This document shows positions 46,317 to 56,828 of a stretch of 64,000 nucleotides of DNA, piece after piece. Both the position numbers and the translations under genes were made by a program. Every line of letters begins with the position of its first letter. Position 1 is the stretch's first letter. The stretch spans positions 55,715-119,714 of the forward strand of contig JBDVJO010000005.1 in the NCBI GenBank assembly GCA_039939375.1. Direction: 5' to 3'. Under the pieces are notes generated by a model that saw only the letters and a list, made by a program, of their open reading frames with translations, ran no database searches and was not told the origin of the DNA. The DNA is from Crocinitomicaceae bacterium. GTDB taxonomy: Bacteria > Bacteroidota > Bacteroidia > Flavobacteriales_D > Crocinitomicaceae.

Positions 46317-48089
46317 TTATAAGCGAATTCCAATTACGCAAATATCATCAATTTGCTCTAGGTCGCCTTTCCATGATTTGAGGGCGTGATCTAACGCTAT
46401 CTCTTGATCTTGAGGTGAACGTTCAGCATGCTTTTCTAAAAGCTCTTTAAATCGCTTATACATGAACTTCTTCTGTTTAGGTCCGCCAAATTGATCAGGC
46501 ATTCCGTCTGTGAACAAGTATATATTATCTCCTTTAGAAACATCCACCGCATGCGTTGTGAAATCTTCTGTTTTATAGAATCTGGCAACGGGTTGTTTAT
46601 CCGCTTTGATTTCTTGCAGTGTTCCGTTTTTGAAGAAATACAACGAGTTGTTCGCGCCGGCATATTGCAACTCACCTGTTTTTCTGTCTATCCTGCATAA
46701 ACAAATATCCATCCCATCATACAACACCTTATTTCCTTCTTCAAAAGTTTCAATGACTATTTCTCTACTTTTTCCTAAAATTTTACCAGGATCTATTAAT
46801 CCAAACTCTTTTAACGACCGATTTAAAGCAGATGAACAAGCAACCGAAACCATTGCTCCAGGAACACCATGCCCAGTACAATCTGCTACTGCAACAAAGT
46901 TGTATTGCTCTGTTTGTACCATCCAATAAAAATCACCTGCAACAATGTCTTTCGGTCTATAAAACACAAATGAATTTGGAAAGGCCTTGAGAATCTTCTT
47001 ATCATCAGGCATAATAGCCGATTGAATTCGCTTAGCATAATTGATGCTATCGGTGATCTCTTTATTTTTAGTATCCGTCTCAAATTTCGCTTGACGTAAG
47101 GCTTTCTTGAAGGCATCATTCTTTCTCACGTAAACGTAAACCGCGTATCCAGCTAAAGCTAAAAGTGCACAGGTCAACAAACAAAACAATAAAATATGGG
47201 TATGTGTAGCGCCCCTTTGCTCTTCTGCAAATGCAATTTTTTCTTCAAGATTTACTTTTTCAGCCGCCTCTAAGGTCTCTACAACTTCTGAGATCTCATC
47301 CATTATGTGTTTATCAGCTTGGATGAGTTCTAACTCTTTCATTTTTAAGGCTACTTCATATTCAGTTTCCTTTTTTCTAAGTGACTCAAGCTCTTTATCT
47401 ATTCTGTTGATTGAAGATTCAACTACTTCTTCTACGTCTTCTTGTGAAAGTGTATCTGAGACTTCAGACACCTCATTTACTTGATTTTTTTCTTCTTCTT
47501 TTTTCTTTTTACGATTCCCGAATAAACGATCAAAGAATTTCTTCTTTCCTCCAGATTCGTCTACATTCTCTGTAACTACAGGCGTATTGTCTTCTCCTTC
47601 ATTTGTCGTATTATTCTCAACTGTATTTGATTCGTTGATATTGGCATCTTCTACTTTTGCCAAAACTTTATCTAGAATTAAATCTGCTGAACGTTGACTT
47701 TGAACGACCAATAGCTCATCTAAAATTTCAAATTTTGTAACAACTAATGAATCAATTTTCGGTAGACCTTTCTCTAATTCAGAACCAGGTTCGACCGTCT
47801 CTCTTAATTCTAGGATTTTTTGATTAACCGCGTTTAATTGGATGTTATAATCGTCTAAATAGTCTTCGTTTTTAGTTAACCCGTATGACTTTACACTACT
47901 TTCGGCATCAGAAATATCCGCCATCATGCCTTTTAGCAACACCAAGTTTTCATCAATCTCTGACTCTTCTGAAATCTCTTCTACAATTGACTGAAGCGAA
48001 TTATTTACAAAAACAGCACTAAGAATAGCGATAAACAATACCGCCACTAGCATAATCAATACCTTCTTTTGAAAAGTCAGTTGTTTCAT
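46317..48089 (-). CDS. SpoIIE/PP2C-family serine phosphatase with an N-terminal TM segment and coiled-coil sensor region (RsbU-like)
   Basis: C-terminal PP2C/SpoIIE domain (...AGDFYWM...AVADCTGHGVPGAMVS...DGMDICLC...LFTDGMPDQFGG...). Start taken at ATG 48087-48089 (MKQLTF); the track's TTG start is at 48104. The stop codon TAA (46317-46319) and the last five codons lie inside the second copy of the 59-bp tandem repeat. Confidence 0.75.
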   Translation of the reverse strand: MKQLTFQKKVLIMLVAVLFIAILSAVFVNNSLQSIVEEISEESEIDENLVLLKGMMADISDAESSVKSYGLTKNEDYLDDYNIQLNAVNQKILELRETVEPGSELEKGLPKIDSLVVTKFEILDELLVVQSQRSADLILDKVLAKVEDANINESNTVENNTTNEGEDNTPVVTENVDESGGKKKFFDRLFGNRKKKKEEEKNQVNEVSEVSDTLSQEDVEEVVESSINRIDKELESLRKKETEYEVALKMKELELIQADKHIMDEISEVVETLEAAEKVNLEEKIAFAEEQRGATHTHILLFCLLTCALLALAGYAVYVYVRKNDAFKKALRQAKFETDTKNKEITDSINYAKRIQSAIMPDDKKILKAFPNSFVFYRPKDIVAGDFYWMVQTEQYNFVAVADCTGHGVPGAMVSVACSSALNRSLKEFGLIDPGKILGKSREIVIETFEEGNKVLYDGMDICLCRIDRKTGELQYAGANNSLYFFKNGTLQEIKADKQPVARFYKTEDFTTHAVDVSKGDNIYLFTDGMPDQFGGPKQKKFMYKRFKELLEKHAERSPQDQEIALDHALKSWKGDLEQIDDICVIGIRL

Positions 48090-48165
48090 AATAATCCGCC
48101 TCAAAATCAGAGATTTGCACTTACTTGATTGCGTTTACAAAGGTAATAGATTAGTTCGGCTTAAA

Positions 48166-49368
48166 CTAAAAAACAGACAACTTACTTGTGGTGAATTCTC
48201 CTTTATAGCGCATCTTCACTAGGTAAATCCCAGCGGGAATAGCAGGAAGATTTATACTTCCAGAAGATCCTTCATATTCCAACACCAATTGTCCAGAAAG
48301 GTCAAACAATTTTAATTTATACGGCTCTCCACCCAACTTAGAAAAGTTTATTGCATGCTCCAGCACATTGTAGTAAACACCAGGGAAATCAACTTTTTCT
48401 TTTTTAATATTTGCTGTTTCATCTAATACCACATCCATAATTACAGGAAGATGATCAGAAGCATAATACAACGCATTAATCACAGAGTCAGGAGCAGCTG
48501 AATTAAATCCATCATTAATATTATCATTAAAATGATTACCGTCTTGACCCAAGGCTTGGTACGAATTATTGATGTATTTAACGCCGTTATCACTGTCCAA
48601 AACATCTTCAGAAACAAAAATCAAATCAAATCGATCATCCATTCCTCCGCCTGCTCCACCTTGTAAGCCTCCTGTTCGTGTGCTTTGCGTATGGATATCG
48701 GCATAGTTCCAATCACCTGACCAATTTGCCGCCACATCAATAGGATCAAAAAGCGGAACCGAACCCGTGTTTTTCATGGTTAATATCGCTGATTCAAATC
48801 CAGAATAAACGTTCATGTCACCACCAATAAATACATTTTCAATCTGATTTGCAATTGAATTCATATAGAACTTAGCTTGTTGGATTTCGGTATTTCTTTG
48901 CTGATAATCTGACGATCCAGCTTTAAGATGACAGGCAAAAAAATTTAAATAAATCGTATCCGATTGTGCTGTTAAATTTGGAGCCTTATAGTACAACACA
49001 TAAGTATTGATGTCCCTAAGCACAGTACCAATCTCTTCTTGAGAGATAAATCCTAACTTATCGGCATTATAAAACAGAAGATTATTGGTGAAGGTTCCGC
49101 CATCTACAAAAGCAACCCGTTGGTAGTTGGTTTGCCCGTTCACGTTCAAAGCCTCATTCAAGATCATGTCTCCCCCGGCTTCCGTTTCTAATTCGCATAC
49201 CACGTATACGTCAGGCTTAGCATAAGTTAAAATAGTTCTTAAAGTATCTATCCTGTTTGAACCTGCAGAAGGGAAATTCAAGATGTTGTGATACATTACT
49301 CTCAATGAATCTTGAGAAAAGGCCATAGACGACAATCCGACCAGTAATATGAGCAAATGTTTTTTCAT
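48166..49368 (-). CDS. Endonuclease/exonuclease/phosphatase (EEP)-family secreted protein with a T9SS C-terminal sorting domain
   Basis: 400 aa. Signal peptide. C-terminal ...YKLKLFDLSGQLVLEYEGSSGSINLPAIPAGIYLVKMRYKGEFTTSKLSVF CTD. Confidence 0.65.
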   Translation of the reverse strand: MKKHLLILLVGLSSMAFSQDSLRVMYHNILNFPSAGSNRIDTLRTILTYAKPDVYVVCELETEAGGDMILNEALNVNGQTNYQRVAFVDGGTFTNNLLFYNADKLGFISQEEIGTVLRDINTYVLYYKAPNLTAQSDTIYLNFFACHLKAGSSDYQQRNTEIQQAKFYMNSIANQIENVFIGGDMNVYSGFESAILTMKNTGSVPLFDPIDVAANWSGDWNYADIHTQSTRTGGLQGGAGGGMDDRFDLIFVSEDVLDSDNGVKYINNSYQALGQDGNHFNDNINDGFNSAAPDSVINALYYASDHLPVIMDVVLDETANIKKEKVDFPGVYYNVLEHAINFSKLGGEPYKLKLFDLSGQLVLEYEGSSGSINLPAIPAGIYLVKMRYKGEFTTSKLSVF

Positions 49369-49399
49369 GTAGTGAGAACAAAGATAGGGAAAGAAAGGT

Positions 49400-49795
49400 T
49401 TAACCTAACCTTTTCTTAAACGCCATGTAGGGAATTAATCCACCCAATAAAACGGCTGCGATATCTGCCACCATAAACCAGGTTTGATGCGGTAACATGA
49501 ATAAGTTTCCAAGTGTTAAAAGCATAAATAACCCGCCTACTATATAAGCAGCTGAAAGTTCTTTTAGAATTCTTAGACTGATGGATACACCAACAAACAT
49601 TCCTAACAAATGCCCAAGGGCAACAATTAACAATGAACCGGTAGGCGCTTTTTTTAATAAGGCTGCCATTTGCTCATAGTTATTTGGGTCAACATTTTCT
49701 GGCAATGGGTATAACTTATGTGAGATGATTTCAATTACGATTACAACGCAGAATGCTGCCGAGAGTCCTGCCAGTATGGCCCAGAGTTTTTTCAT
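49400..49795 (-). CDS. Hypothetical four-TM membrane protein
   Basis: 131-aa hydrophobic ORF. Confidence 0.5.
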   Translation of the reverse strand: MKKLWAILAGLSAAFCVVIVIEIISHKLYPLPENVDPNNYEQMAALLKKAPTGSLLIVALGHLLGMFVGVSISLRILKELSAAYIVGGLFMLLTLGNLFMLPHQTWFMVADIAAVLLGGLIPYMAFKKRLG

Positions 49796-50128
49796 AGTTT
49801 AAAGGTAGGTTTTTCGTTGCGAGAAGACAAATGAGGGTTTTTTGTTTTTCCATCCTTCACTGCGTTTCTGTTGGCGAGTGTAATGATGTTGAATCGTAAC
49901 TATCCTCCCCCTTAATCCCCCTCCAAAGGGGGAATGTTATATTTCAAGCCGCTGACCGAGCGTAGTCGAGGTGGAGGTGTAAGTGTTATCCGGGGTTGAA
50001 ACTGGAGACTCGAAACTCGTCAAGATGACAAATGGCGTTTTTTGTTTATCGAATATAAGCAGATTGTCTCTTGTCTCTTGTCTCTTGTCTCTAAAAAGAA
50101 AACCTTTATCTTTAAAAAAAGTAGTGGT
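49796..50128. repeat. Second intergenic repeat island, in a divergent promoter region. It contains TCCATCCTTCACT (49849-49861), the 34-nt C5/G5 hairpin motif (49902-49935), REP-like CCGCTGACCGAGCG...TCGAGGTGGAGGTG (49950-49978) and (TTGTCTC)4 (50064-50091)
   Basis: These modules match those in 45970-46316 and at 27645-27678. Confidence 0.8.
50064..50091 (+). repeat. Heptanucleotide microsatellite (TTGTCTC)x4, 38 bp upstream of the VOC-family gene ATG. It overlaps a putative -33 TTG element
   Basis: Exact four tandem units. A candidate -7 box TATCTTTA lies at 50107-50114, 19 bp downstream of the last TTG. Confidence 0.7.
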
Positions 50129-50545
50129 ATGAAAAAAGTAACTGGAATTGGGGGCATCTTCTTTAAGTGTGAGGATCCGAAGAAAATGAATGATTGGTAT
50201 GCTAAAAACTTAGGTTTAGTGACGAATGATTACGGTTCACTGTTCGAGTTTAGGAATACACATAAACCTGAAGAGATTAATTACTTGCAGTGGAGCACCA
50301 TGAAAAATGACTCTAATTATTTTGAGCCTTCAGATGCTAAATTCATGATCAATTATCGTGTTGAAGATTTAGTGGGATTAGAAAAAGAATTGCGTAAAGA
50401 TGGCGTGACGATTTGTGATAAAATAGAAGAGTTCGAATACGGAAAGTTCTTGCACATATTAGATCCTGAAGGAAATAAAATTGAATTATGGGAGCCAATT
50501 GATGCTCCGTTTACGCCTGAAAAACCTGGTGAAACGACTTGTTAA
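50129..50545 (+). CDS. VOC-family (glyoxalase/bleomycin-resistance fold) protein
   Basis: Start taken at ATG 50129 (MKKVTGIGGIFFKCEDPKKM...), not the upstream track start. Roughly 138 aa with a paired beta-alpha-beta-beta-beta module pattern (...GNKIELWEPID). Confidence 0.6.
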   Translation: MKKVTGIGGIFFKCEDPKKMNDWYAKNLGLVTNDYGSLFEFRNTHKPEEINYLQWSTMKNDSNYFEPSDAKFMINYRVEDLVGLEKELRKDGVTICDKIEEFEYGKFLHILDPEGNKIELWEPIDAPFTPEKPGETTC

Positions 50546-50599
50546 AGCACAAAAATGGCGTCCACTAAATGAACGCCTTTAAAAATAAGTTGACCTTTT

Positions 50600-51625
50600 T
50601 TATTTCAGGAAGTAATAGATTCTTGTCAACACTTCATCCATGCTTTCAACAGTTGTTGGATCAGTAACAAACTCTTCCATCACGATAGAATATTCTAATC
50701 CATTTTCTTTGGCATAGGCATCTATCTGCATGTGTGCGTCATAGTTCTCATCATATTCGCCATAATAATCTACTACCAAGGCTTGACATGCTGGAATCGT
50801 ATAAGGAAGAACCATTCCTTTTCCAGGTGTTGAATTATCTGCTACTGGAAAAGCAGGCATTAAAACAGCCATTTCTGTTTCTTCATTCCATTCAAAACAA
50901 ATACTCACTGGCATTCCTGACATTTCAATTTGATTTTCACCACAGAACATTCCTAATTGACCGTAATTGCTTGCAAAAAACGCCGAGTCAACTCCTGAAA
51001 AAGGAACTTCATTGTGAATGCTGTAATATTTAGTCTCTGGGAAGTCAATTGTTCTGATTTCGTAAATAGCAGCATCAAGTTCTGCTTGTTTTGCAACAGC
51101 AACAGAATCAAGCAACTCTAAGCCTCTCTCAAAGTCTGGCCCTACTTTCGCTTCAATATCAAAAAACATTACCATTGGTCGGAATAAAAACGGAATATCT
51201 GCTCCATCATACCACGTTACTGTAGTCGATTCCTCTCCTGCTTTTAAATCAATCCCACCTTGAGAGGTCATATCCATATCGTCAAAGTGAAGATCATATG
51301 TGATTTTTACAAACTCTACTAGCTCTGTCATGGTCATACTTCCTGTTCCAGACAATTCAGGATCACCTGTCCATTCAGTTTTAGACCCTACAGTTCCGGG
51401 CTCACCGGTTCTCACACTTGTCATGGTTGAATCTTTTTCTCCCCAAGGAGACCAAGCATCCCAATTTTCAAAAATGGAAATTTGTTCAAAAATCACCTCT
51501 GGTGAAGCAGCAATATCTCTCGATCTTTCTACTCGGTAACTGCTTGGGGCAAAAATTGCAACTATTAAATATATCGCGGCTAAAACTCCGACTAATTTTA
51601 ATAGTCTAAAAATCCATTTTTTCAT
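50600..51625 (-). CDS. Two-domain protein: an N-terminal SRPBCC (polyketide_cyc2-like) domain and a C-terminal GyrI-like effector-binding domain, with an N-terminal TM anchor
   Basis: 341 aa. ...SYRVERSRDIAASPEVIFEQISIFENWDAWSPW... then ...YEIRTIDFPETKYYSIHNEVPFSG... Confidence 0.5.
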   Translation of the reverse strand: MKKWIFRLLKLVGVLAAIYLIVAIFAPSSYRVERSRDIAASPEVIFEQISIFENWDAWSPWGEKDSTMTSVRTGEPGTVGSKTEWTGDPELSGTGSMTMTELVEFVKITYDLHFDDMDMTSQGGIDLKAGEESTTVTWYDGADIPFLFRPMVMFFDIEAKVGPDFERGLELLDSVAVAKQAELDAAIYEIRTIDFPETKYYSIHNEVPFSGVDSAFFASNYGQLGMFCGENQIEMSGMPVSICFEWNEETEMAVLMPAFPVADNSTPGKGMVLPYTIPACQALVVDYYGEYDENYDAHMQIDAYAKENGLEYSIVMEEFVTDPTTVESMDEVLTRIYYFLK

Positions 51626-51630
51626 AATTC

Positions 51631-51981
51631 TTATTCATTTCTATCTGTTGGTACAGACGCAACATTATTATTTCCATCTACTACGATCTCATACTCCCAA
51701 CATTCCTCCATTACAACTGACAATTCCACGTCAGACATATTACCTATACTTATCGTATAGTCAACTTGACCAACCGCAAAACTCTTGTTTTCTGAAGTTT
51801 CACCGGGCAAAATATTATTAATATTCACTGTATTACCGCCAGTGGTTTGTATTTGAACTGATACCGATTCGGTTCCGTTATTTACTATTCTAGAAATTGG
51901 ATCTTCTCCTTTACATTTTTTACAAGACTGAAACCCAATGCTTAAAACTATCGCTACTAAAACTAATCCTACTTTTTTCAT
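51631..51981 (-). CDS. Hypothetical lipoprotein
   Basis: 116 aa. Signal peptide with an FQSC lipobox. Confidence 0.45.
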   Translation of the reverse strand: MKKVGLVLVAIVLSIGFQSCKKCKGEDPISRIVNNGTESVSVQIQTTGGNTVNINNILPGETSENKSFAVGQVDYTISIGNMSDVELSVVMEECWEYEIVVDGNNNVASVPTDRNE

Positions 51982-52026
51982 AATTTCTCTTTCTTAATAG
52001 ATAGTTTTTAAATGAATAGGTTGGAA

Positions 52027-52359
52027 CTAAGCTTCGGTATTTGGTCCACCAAAATTCATTGGAATTGGTGTTCCTTGCGGTCCGTGTTCTTTGATTACGC
52101 CATGTTGAGCTTCATACTTTTGTACGTTTTCTATCATAGCTTTCATTAATTTTTTAGCGTTATCTGGCGTCATGATGATTCTAGATTTCACTTTACCTTT
52201 CGGTACACCAGGCATTAACTGAATATGATCTAAGATAAATTCAGACGGAGAATGTGTAATAATAGTGAGATTTGAATAATCTCCTCCAGCCACTTCTTCT
52301 GGTAATTCAATATTAATTTGATTGGGTTGATTCCCTTGGTTGTTATTTTGATCGCTCAT
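52027..52359 (-). CDS. DUF3467-like small protein, found downstream of rpoC in many Bacteroidetes
   Basis: 110 aa. N-terminal Gln/Asn-rich region, then a conserved core (...LTIITHSPSEFILDHIQLMPG...). Confidence 0.55.
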   Translation of the reverse strand: MSDQNNNQGNQPNQINIELPEEVAGGDYSNLTIITHSPSEFILDHIQLMPGVPKGKVKSRIIMTPDNAKKLMKAMIENVQKYEAQHGVIKEHGPQGTPIPMNFGGPNTEA

Positions 52360-52446
52360 AGTTTAGATTTTGGTCCTTCGAGAACCTCAAGGCCCTATTC
52401 ATATTATTCTGGTGGCTGAGGCCCTCGAAGTCACCAGAAACAAAAA

Positions 52447-52475
52447 AAGCGCCTCTCGGCAATGCCGAGGGACGC
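52447..52475 (-). terminator. Rho-independent terminator of rpoC
   Basis: Minus strand reads AGCGTCCCTCGGCATTGCCGAGAGGCGCT followed by T7 (plus-strand A7 at 52441-52447). Confidence 0.8.
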
Positions 52476-52496
52476 TTTAAAAATATAAAATATATC

Positions 52497-55400
52497 TTAC
52501 TTAGCTGTTAACTCTTCGTATTCTTCTTGAGAACCAACAACTACGTTTTGGAATCTTCTAAATCCTGTTCCTGCTGGAATTTTGTGTCCAACAATTACAT
52601 TTTCTTTAAGTCCCATTAAGTGGTCAACTTTACCATTCAATGCAGCTTCGTTTAATACTTTCGTTGTTTCTTGGAAAGAAGCAGCCGAAATAAATGAACG
52701 TGTATGCAATGATGATTTGGTAATACCTTGTAGCATTGGCTCAGAAGTTGCTGGTTCAGCATCTCTAGCTTCAATCAAGGCTTTATCTTTTCTTTTCAAA
52801 GTAGAGTTTTCATCTCTTAACTTACGTGCTGAAATGATTTGCCCTGCTTTAATTGAATCAGATTCTCCTGGATCAACAACAACAACTTTTCCGAATAGTG
52901 CATCATTTTCTTCAAAGAAGTCTGCTTTGTGTACAGATTGTCCTTCTAGGAATTTAGTATCCCCAGCTTCTTTAATCTCTACTTTAAGCATCATTTGACG
53001 AACGATTACCTCAAAGTGTTTGTCATTAATTTTCACCCCTTGTAGACGATATACTTCTTGTACCTCATTTACTAAGTATTCTTGAACGGCAGTTGGCCCT
53101 TTAATGTTCAAGATATCTTTAGGAGTGATCGCTCCATCAGAAAGTGATTGACCTGCTCTTACGAAGTCATTCTCTTGAACCAAGATGTGCTTAGAAAGTG
53201 GACATAAATATTTACGTACTTCTCCAGTTCTTGATTCGATAATGATTTCACGGTTACCTCTTTTGATTTTACCGTAAGAAACGATACCATCAATTTCAGA
53301 AACAACAGAAGGGTTAGAAGGGTTACGTGCCTCAAATAACTCAGTTACTCTTGGTAGACCCCCTGTAATATCCCCAGATTTACCAGCAACTCTTGGAATT
53401 TTCACCAAAATCTGACCAGCTTCAATCTTGTCTCCATCATTCACAATAATGTGTGCATTTACAGGTAAGTTATAGGCTTTTTCTTCACCTTTTCCTGCAA
53501 TTACTTTTACTGTAGGGATGTTCTTTTTATTTCTGTTTTCAGTAATTACTTTTTCAGTAAATCCTGTTTGCTCATCAATCTCTTCACGGTAAGTTTCGTT
53601 CTCTACAATGTTTTCGTACTCAATTTTACCTTTAGTTTCAGATAAGATAACGGCGTTATATGGATCCCATTTACAGATAACGTCACCTTTTTCAATTGCT
53701 TTACCGTTGGTTGCAATTAAGTGAGATCCGTAAGGAATATTTGCAGTCATCATTACAATCCCTGTTTTAGGATTAGTAATTTTCGCTTCACCAGATCGAC
53801 CGATAACAACTTCAACTTTATTTCCGTCTTTATCTTTTGTCGAAATCGTTTTTAATTCATCTATTTCTAGATGTCCTCCAAACTTCGCTTTGATGTCCGT
53901 TTCATCAGCAATGTTTGATGCTGTACCACCAACGTGGAACGTTCTCAATGTTAACTGTGTACCCGGCTCACCAATTGATTGTGCAGCAATAACACCTACA
54001 GCATCACCTTGCACAGCCATTTCTGAACTTGAAAGGTTTCTACCGTAACATTTAGCACAAACTCCACGCTTCATTTCGCAAGTCAATACAGATCTTACTT
54101 CTACTTCATCAATGTCAGAAGCTTCGATTTTTCTTGCATAAGGTTCAGTGATTTCTTCACCAGCTGCAATAATTAAATCTTCAGTTCCAGGCATGTAAAC
54201 GTCAGAAACTGCCGTTCTACCTAGAATTCTGTCATATAATGATTCAACGATATCATCATTTTTCTTTAATGGAGTTACTGTGATTCCTCTAAGGGTTCCA
54301 CAATCATCTTCATTAATAACAACATCCTGAGCAACGTCAACAAGTCTTCTTGTTAAGTAACCAGCATCCGCCGTTTTAAGGGCAGTATCCGCTAGACCTT
54401 TACGCGCACCGTGAGTTGAAATAAAGTACTCTAGTACCGTTAATCCTTCTTTAAAGTTTGAAAGAATTGGATTCTCAATAATATCTTGAGAAGACGCCCC
54501 CGACTTTTGCGGTTTTGCCATCAATCCCCTCATTCCTGATAACTGACGAATTTGCTCTTTAGATCCCCTTGCTCCAGAATCCATCATCATAAAGATAGAG
54601 TTGAAACCTTGGTTATCCGTTGAGATTCTCTCCATCAATTTAGAAGTTAATCTTGTATTTGTATGTGTCCAGATATCAATGATTTGGTTGTAACGCTCGT
54701 TGTTTGTAATTAGACCCATGTTATAGTTCATCATTACTTCATCAACGTCAGCATTTGCTTTGTCAACCATTTCGTCTTTTTCTTTCGGGATAATTACATC
54801 ATCCAAGTTGAAAGATAGACCACCTTTAAAGGCCATGTGATATCCTAAACCTTTGATATCATCTAAGAACTGAGCAGTACGAGCCGTTCCACAAACCGCT
54901 AATACTTTTGAGATAATACCTCTCAATGCCTTCTTAGTTAATACTTCATCAACGTATCCAACCGCTTCAGGAACCAACTCATTGAAAATAACACGTCCAC
55001 ATGTAGTTTCAACGATTCTTGTGATTACTTCACCTTCTTCGTTTACATCTTTCGTTCTTACTTTGATAGCAGCATGAATATCTAAAGCTCCTTCGTTTTT
55101 GGCAATAATTACCTCTTCTGGAGAATAGAATGTCATGTCTTCACCTGCAACAACTTCTTCTTTTGTAGATCTTTTCAACTTCGTGATGTAGTACAGACCC
55201 AATACCATATCCTGAGAAGGTACAGCAATAGGCGCACCGTTAGCAGAGTTACGGATATTGTGAGAAGAAAGCATTAGCATTTGCGCTTCCAAAATTGCAG
55301 CATTACCTAATGGTAAGTGAACTGCCATTTGATCCCCATCAAAATCGGCGTTGAAGGCCGTACAAACTAATGGGTGAAGTCTAATTGCTTTTCCTTCAAT

Positions 55401-56774
55401 TAATTTAGGTTGGAAAGCTTGAATACCTAATCTGTGAAGCGTTGGTGCTCTATTCAGTAACACTGGATGGCCTCTCAATACGTTTTCAAGAATATCCCAA
55501 ACTATTGGTTCTTTCTTATCAACGATTTTCTTCGCTGATTTTACAGTTTTAACAATTCCTCTTTCAATCAATTTTCTGATTACGAACGGCTTGAATAACT
55601 CAGCAGCCATGTTCTTTGGTAAACCGCACTCGTGTAATTTCAAGTTAGGTCCAACAACGATTACAGAACGTGCAGAATAATCAACCCTTTTTCCTAGTAA
55701 GTTTTGACGGAAACGTCCTTGCTTACCTTTTAATGAATCAGATAATGATTTTAAAGGTCTGTTTGATTCAGTTTTAACCGCTGAAGATTTTCTTGAGTTA
55801 TCGAATAAAGAATCGACAGATTCTTGAAGCATACGCTTCTCGTTTCTCAAAATAACTTCAGGAGCTTTAATTTCTAATAATCTCTTAAGACGGTTGTTTC
55901 TGATAATAACTCTTCTATAAAGGTCATTTAAATCAGAAGTTGCAAAACGTCCACCATCTAGAGGAACCAATGGTCTTAATTCAGGTGGAATAACTGGAAC
56001 TACTTTTACAATCATCCACTCAGGACGATTCTCAACTCTTGTATGCGAATCTCTTAAAGATTCAACAACTTGAAGACGCTTTAATGCTTCTTTCTTTCTT
56101 TGTTGAGAAGTTTCAGTATTTGCTTTGTGTCTTAAATCAAATGATAAAGAATCAAGTTCTAATCTTGCCAATAAATCATGTAATGCCTCAGCACCCATTT
56201 TAGCAATGAACTTATTTGGATCGTTATCGTCCAAATATTGATTCTCTTTTGGCAATTCATCTAAAATATCAAGGTATTCTTCTTCAGTTAAGAAGTCCAT
56301 GTATTCTAATGATTCACCATCAGCTCTTTCAGCAATACCTTTTTGAATCACAACATATCTTTCATAATAGATAATTTGATCCAATTTCTTAGTAGGTAAA
56401 CCTAAAAGGTAACCGATTTTGTTAGGTAAAGAACGGAAATACCAGATGTGCGCAACTGGCACAACTAATGAGATATGTCCCATTCTTTCTCTACGAACTT
56501 TCTTCTCAGTTACTTCAACACCACAACGGTCACAAACGATTCCTTTATATCGGATTCTTTTGTATTTACCACAATGACATTCGTAATCCTTAACAGGTCC
56601 GAAAATTCTTTCACAGAATAAACCATCTCTTTCTGGTTTGTAAGTTCTGTAGTTTATAGTTTCAGGCTTTAAAACCTCACCATGAGACTTTTCAAGAATC
56701 ATCTCTGGCGAAGCCAAACTGATCGTAATTTTATTAAAACTACTTCTTGGTTTTTGTTCTTTTCTATAAGCCAT
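52497..56774 (-). CDS. rpoC: DNA-directed RNA polymerase subunit beta'
   Basis: 1425 aa. NADFDGD catalytic motif and zinc-finger Cys residues near the N-terminus ([23 protein letters not shown]). Confidence 0.97.
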   Translation of the reverse strand: MAYRKEQKPRSSFNKITISLASPEMILEKSHGEVLKPETINYRTYKPERDGLFCERIFGPVKDYECHCGKYKRIRYKGIVCDRCGVEVTEKKVRRERMGHISLVVPVAHIWYFRSLPNKIGYLLGLPTKKLDQIIYYERYVVIQKGIAERADGESLEYMDFLTEEEYLDILDELPKENQYLDDNDPNKFIAKMGAEALHDLLARLELDSLSFDLRHKANTETSQQRKKEALKRLQVVESLRDSHTRVENRPEWMIVKVVPVIPPELRPLVPLDGGRFATSDLNDLYRRVIIRNNRLKRLLEIKAPEVILRNEKRMLQESVDSLFDNSRKSSAVKTESNRPLKSLSDSLKGKQGRFRQNLLGKRVDYSARSVIVVGPNLKLHECGLPKNMAAELFKPFVIRKLIERGIVKTVKSAKKIVDKKEPIVWDILENVLRGHPVLLNRAPTLHRLGIQAFQPKLIEGKAIRLHPLVCTAFNADFDGDQMAVHLPLGNAAILEAQMLMLSSHNIRNSANGAPIAVPSQDMVLGLYYITKLKRSTKEEVVAGEDMTFYSPEEVIIAKNEGALDIHAAIKVRTKDVNEEGEVITRIVETTCGRVIFNELVPEAVGYVDEVLTKKALRGIISKVLAVCGTARTAQFLDDIKGLGYHMAFKGGLSFNLDDVIIPKEKDEMVDKANADVDEVMMNYNMGLITNNERYNQIIDIWTHTNTRLTSKLMERISTDNQGFNSIFMMMDSGARGSKEQIRQLSGMRGLMAKPQKSGASSQDIIENPILSNFKEGLTVLEYFISTHGARKGLADTALKTADAGYLTRRLVDVAQDVVINEDDCGTLRGITVTPLKKNDDIVESLYDRILGRTAVSDVYMPGTEDLIIAAGEEITEPYARKIEASDIDEVEVRSVLTCEMKRGVCAKCYGRNLSSSEMAVQGDAVGVIAAQSIGEPGTQLTLRTFHVGGTASNIADETDIKAKFGGHLEIDELKTISTKDKDGNKVEVVIGRSGEAKITNPKTGIVMMTANIPYGSHLIATNGKAIEKGDVICKWDPYNAVILSETKGKIEYENIVENETYREEIDEQTGFTEKVITENRNKKNIPTVKVIAGKGEEKAYNLPVNAHIIVNDGDKIEAGQILVKIPRVAGKSGDITGGLPRVTELFEARNPSNPSVVSEIDGIVSYGKIKRGNREIIIESRTGEVRKYLCPLSKHILVQENDFVRAGQSLSDGAITPKDILNIKGPTAVQEYLVNEVQEVYRLQGVKINDKHFEVIVRQMMLKVEIKEAGDTKFLEGQSVHKADFFEENDALFGKVVVVDPGESDSIKAGQIISARKLRDENSTLKRKDKALIEARDAEPATSEPMLQGITKSSLHTRSFISAASFQETTKVLNEAALNGKVDHLMGLKENVIVGHKIPAGTGFRRFQNVVVGSQEEYEELTAK

Positions 56775-56828
56775 TTTATATTTTTTTTTGTTGCCTCAGT
56801 AAACCGAGACGGTTAAAAATTCTTTTAA

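Noticed and set aside
50042-50128. Upstream extension of the VOC-family ORF (track start 50042, MFIEYKQIVS...)
   Set aside because: The extension would make the gene read through the (TTGTCTC)4 microsatellite and the poly-A tract. The VOC-fold homology begins at the internal Met (50129), which is preceded by an A-rich region typical of Bacteroidetes translation starts.
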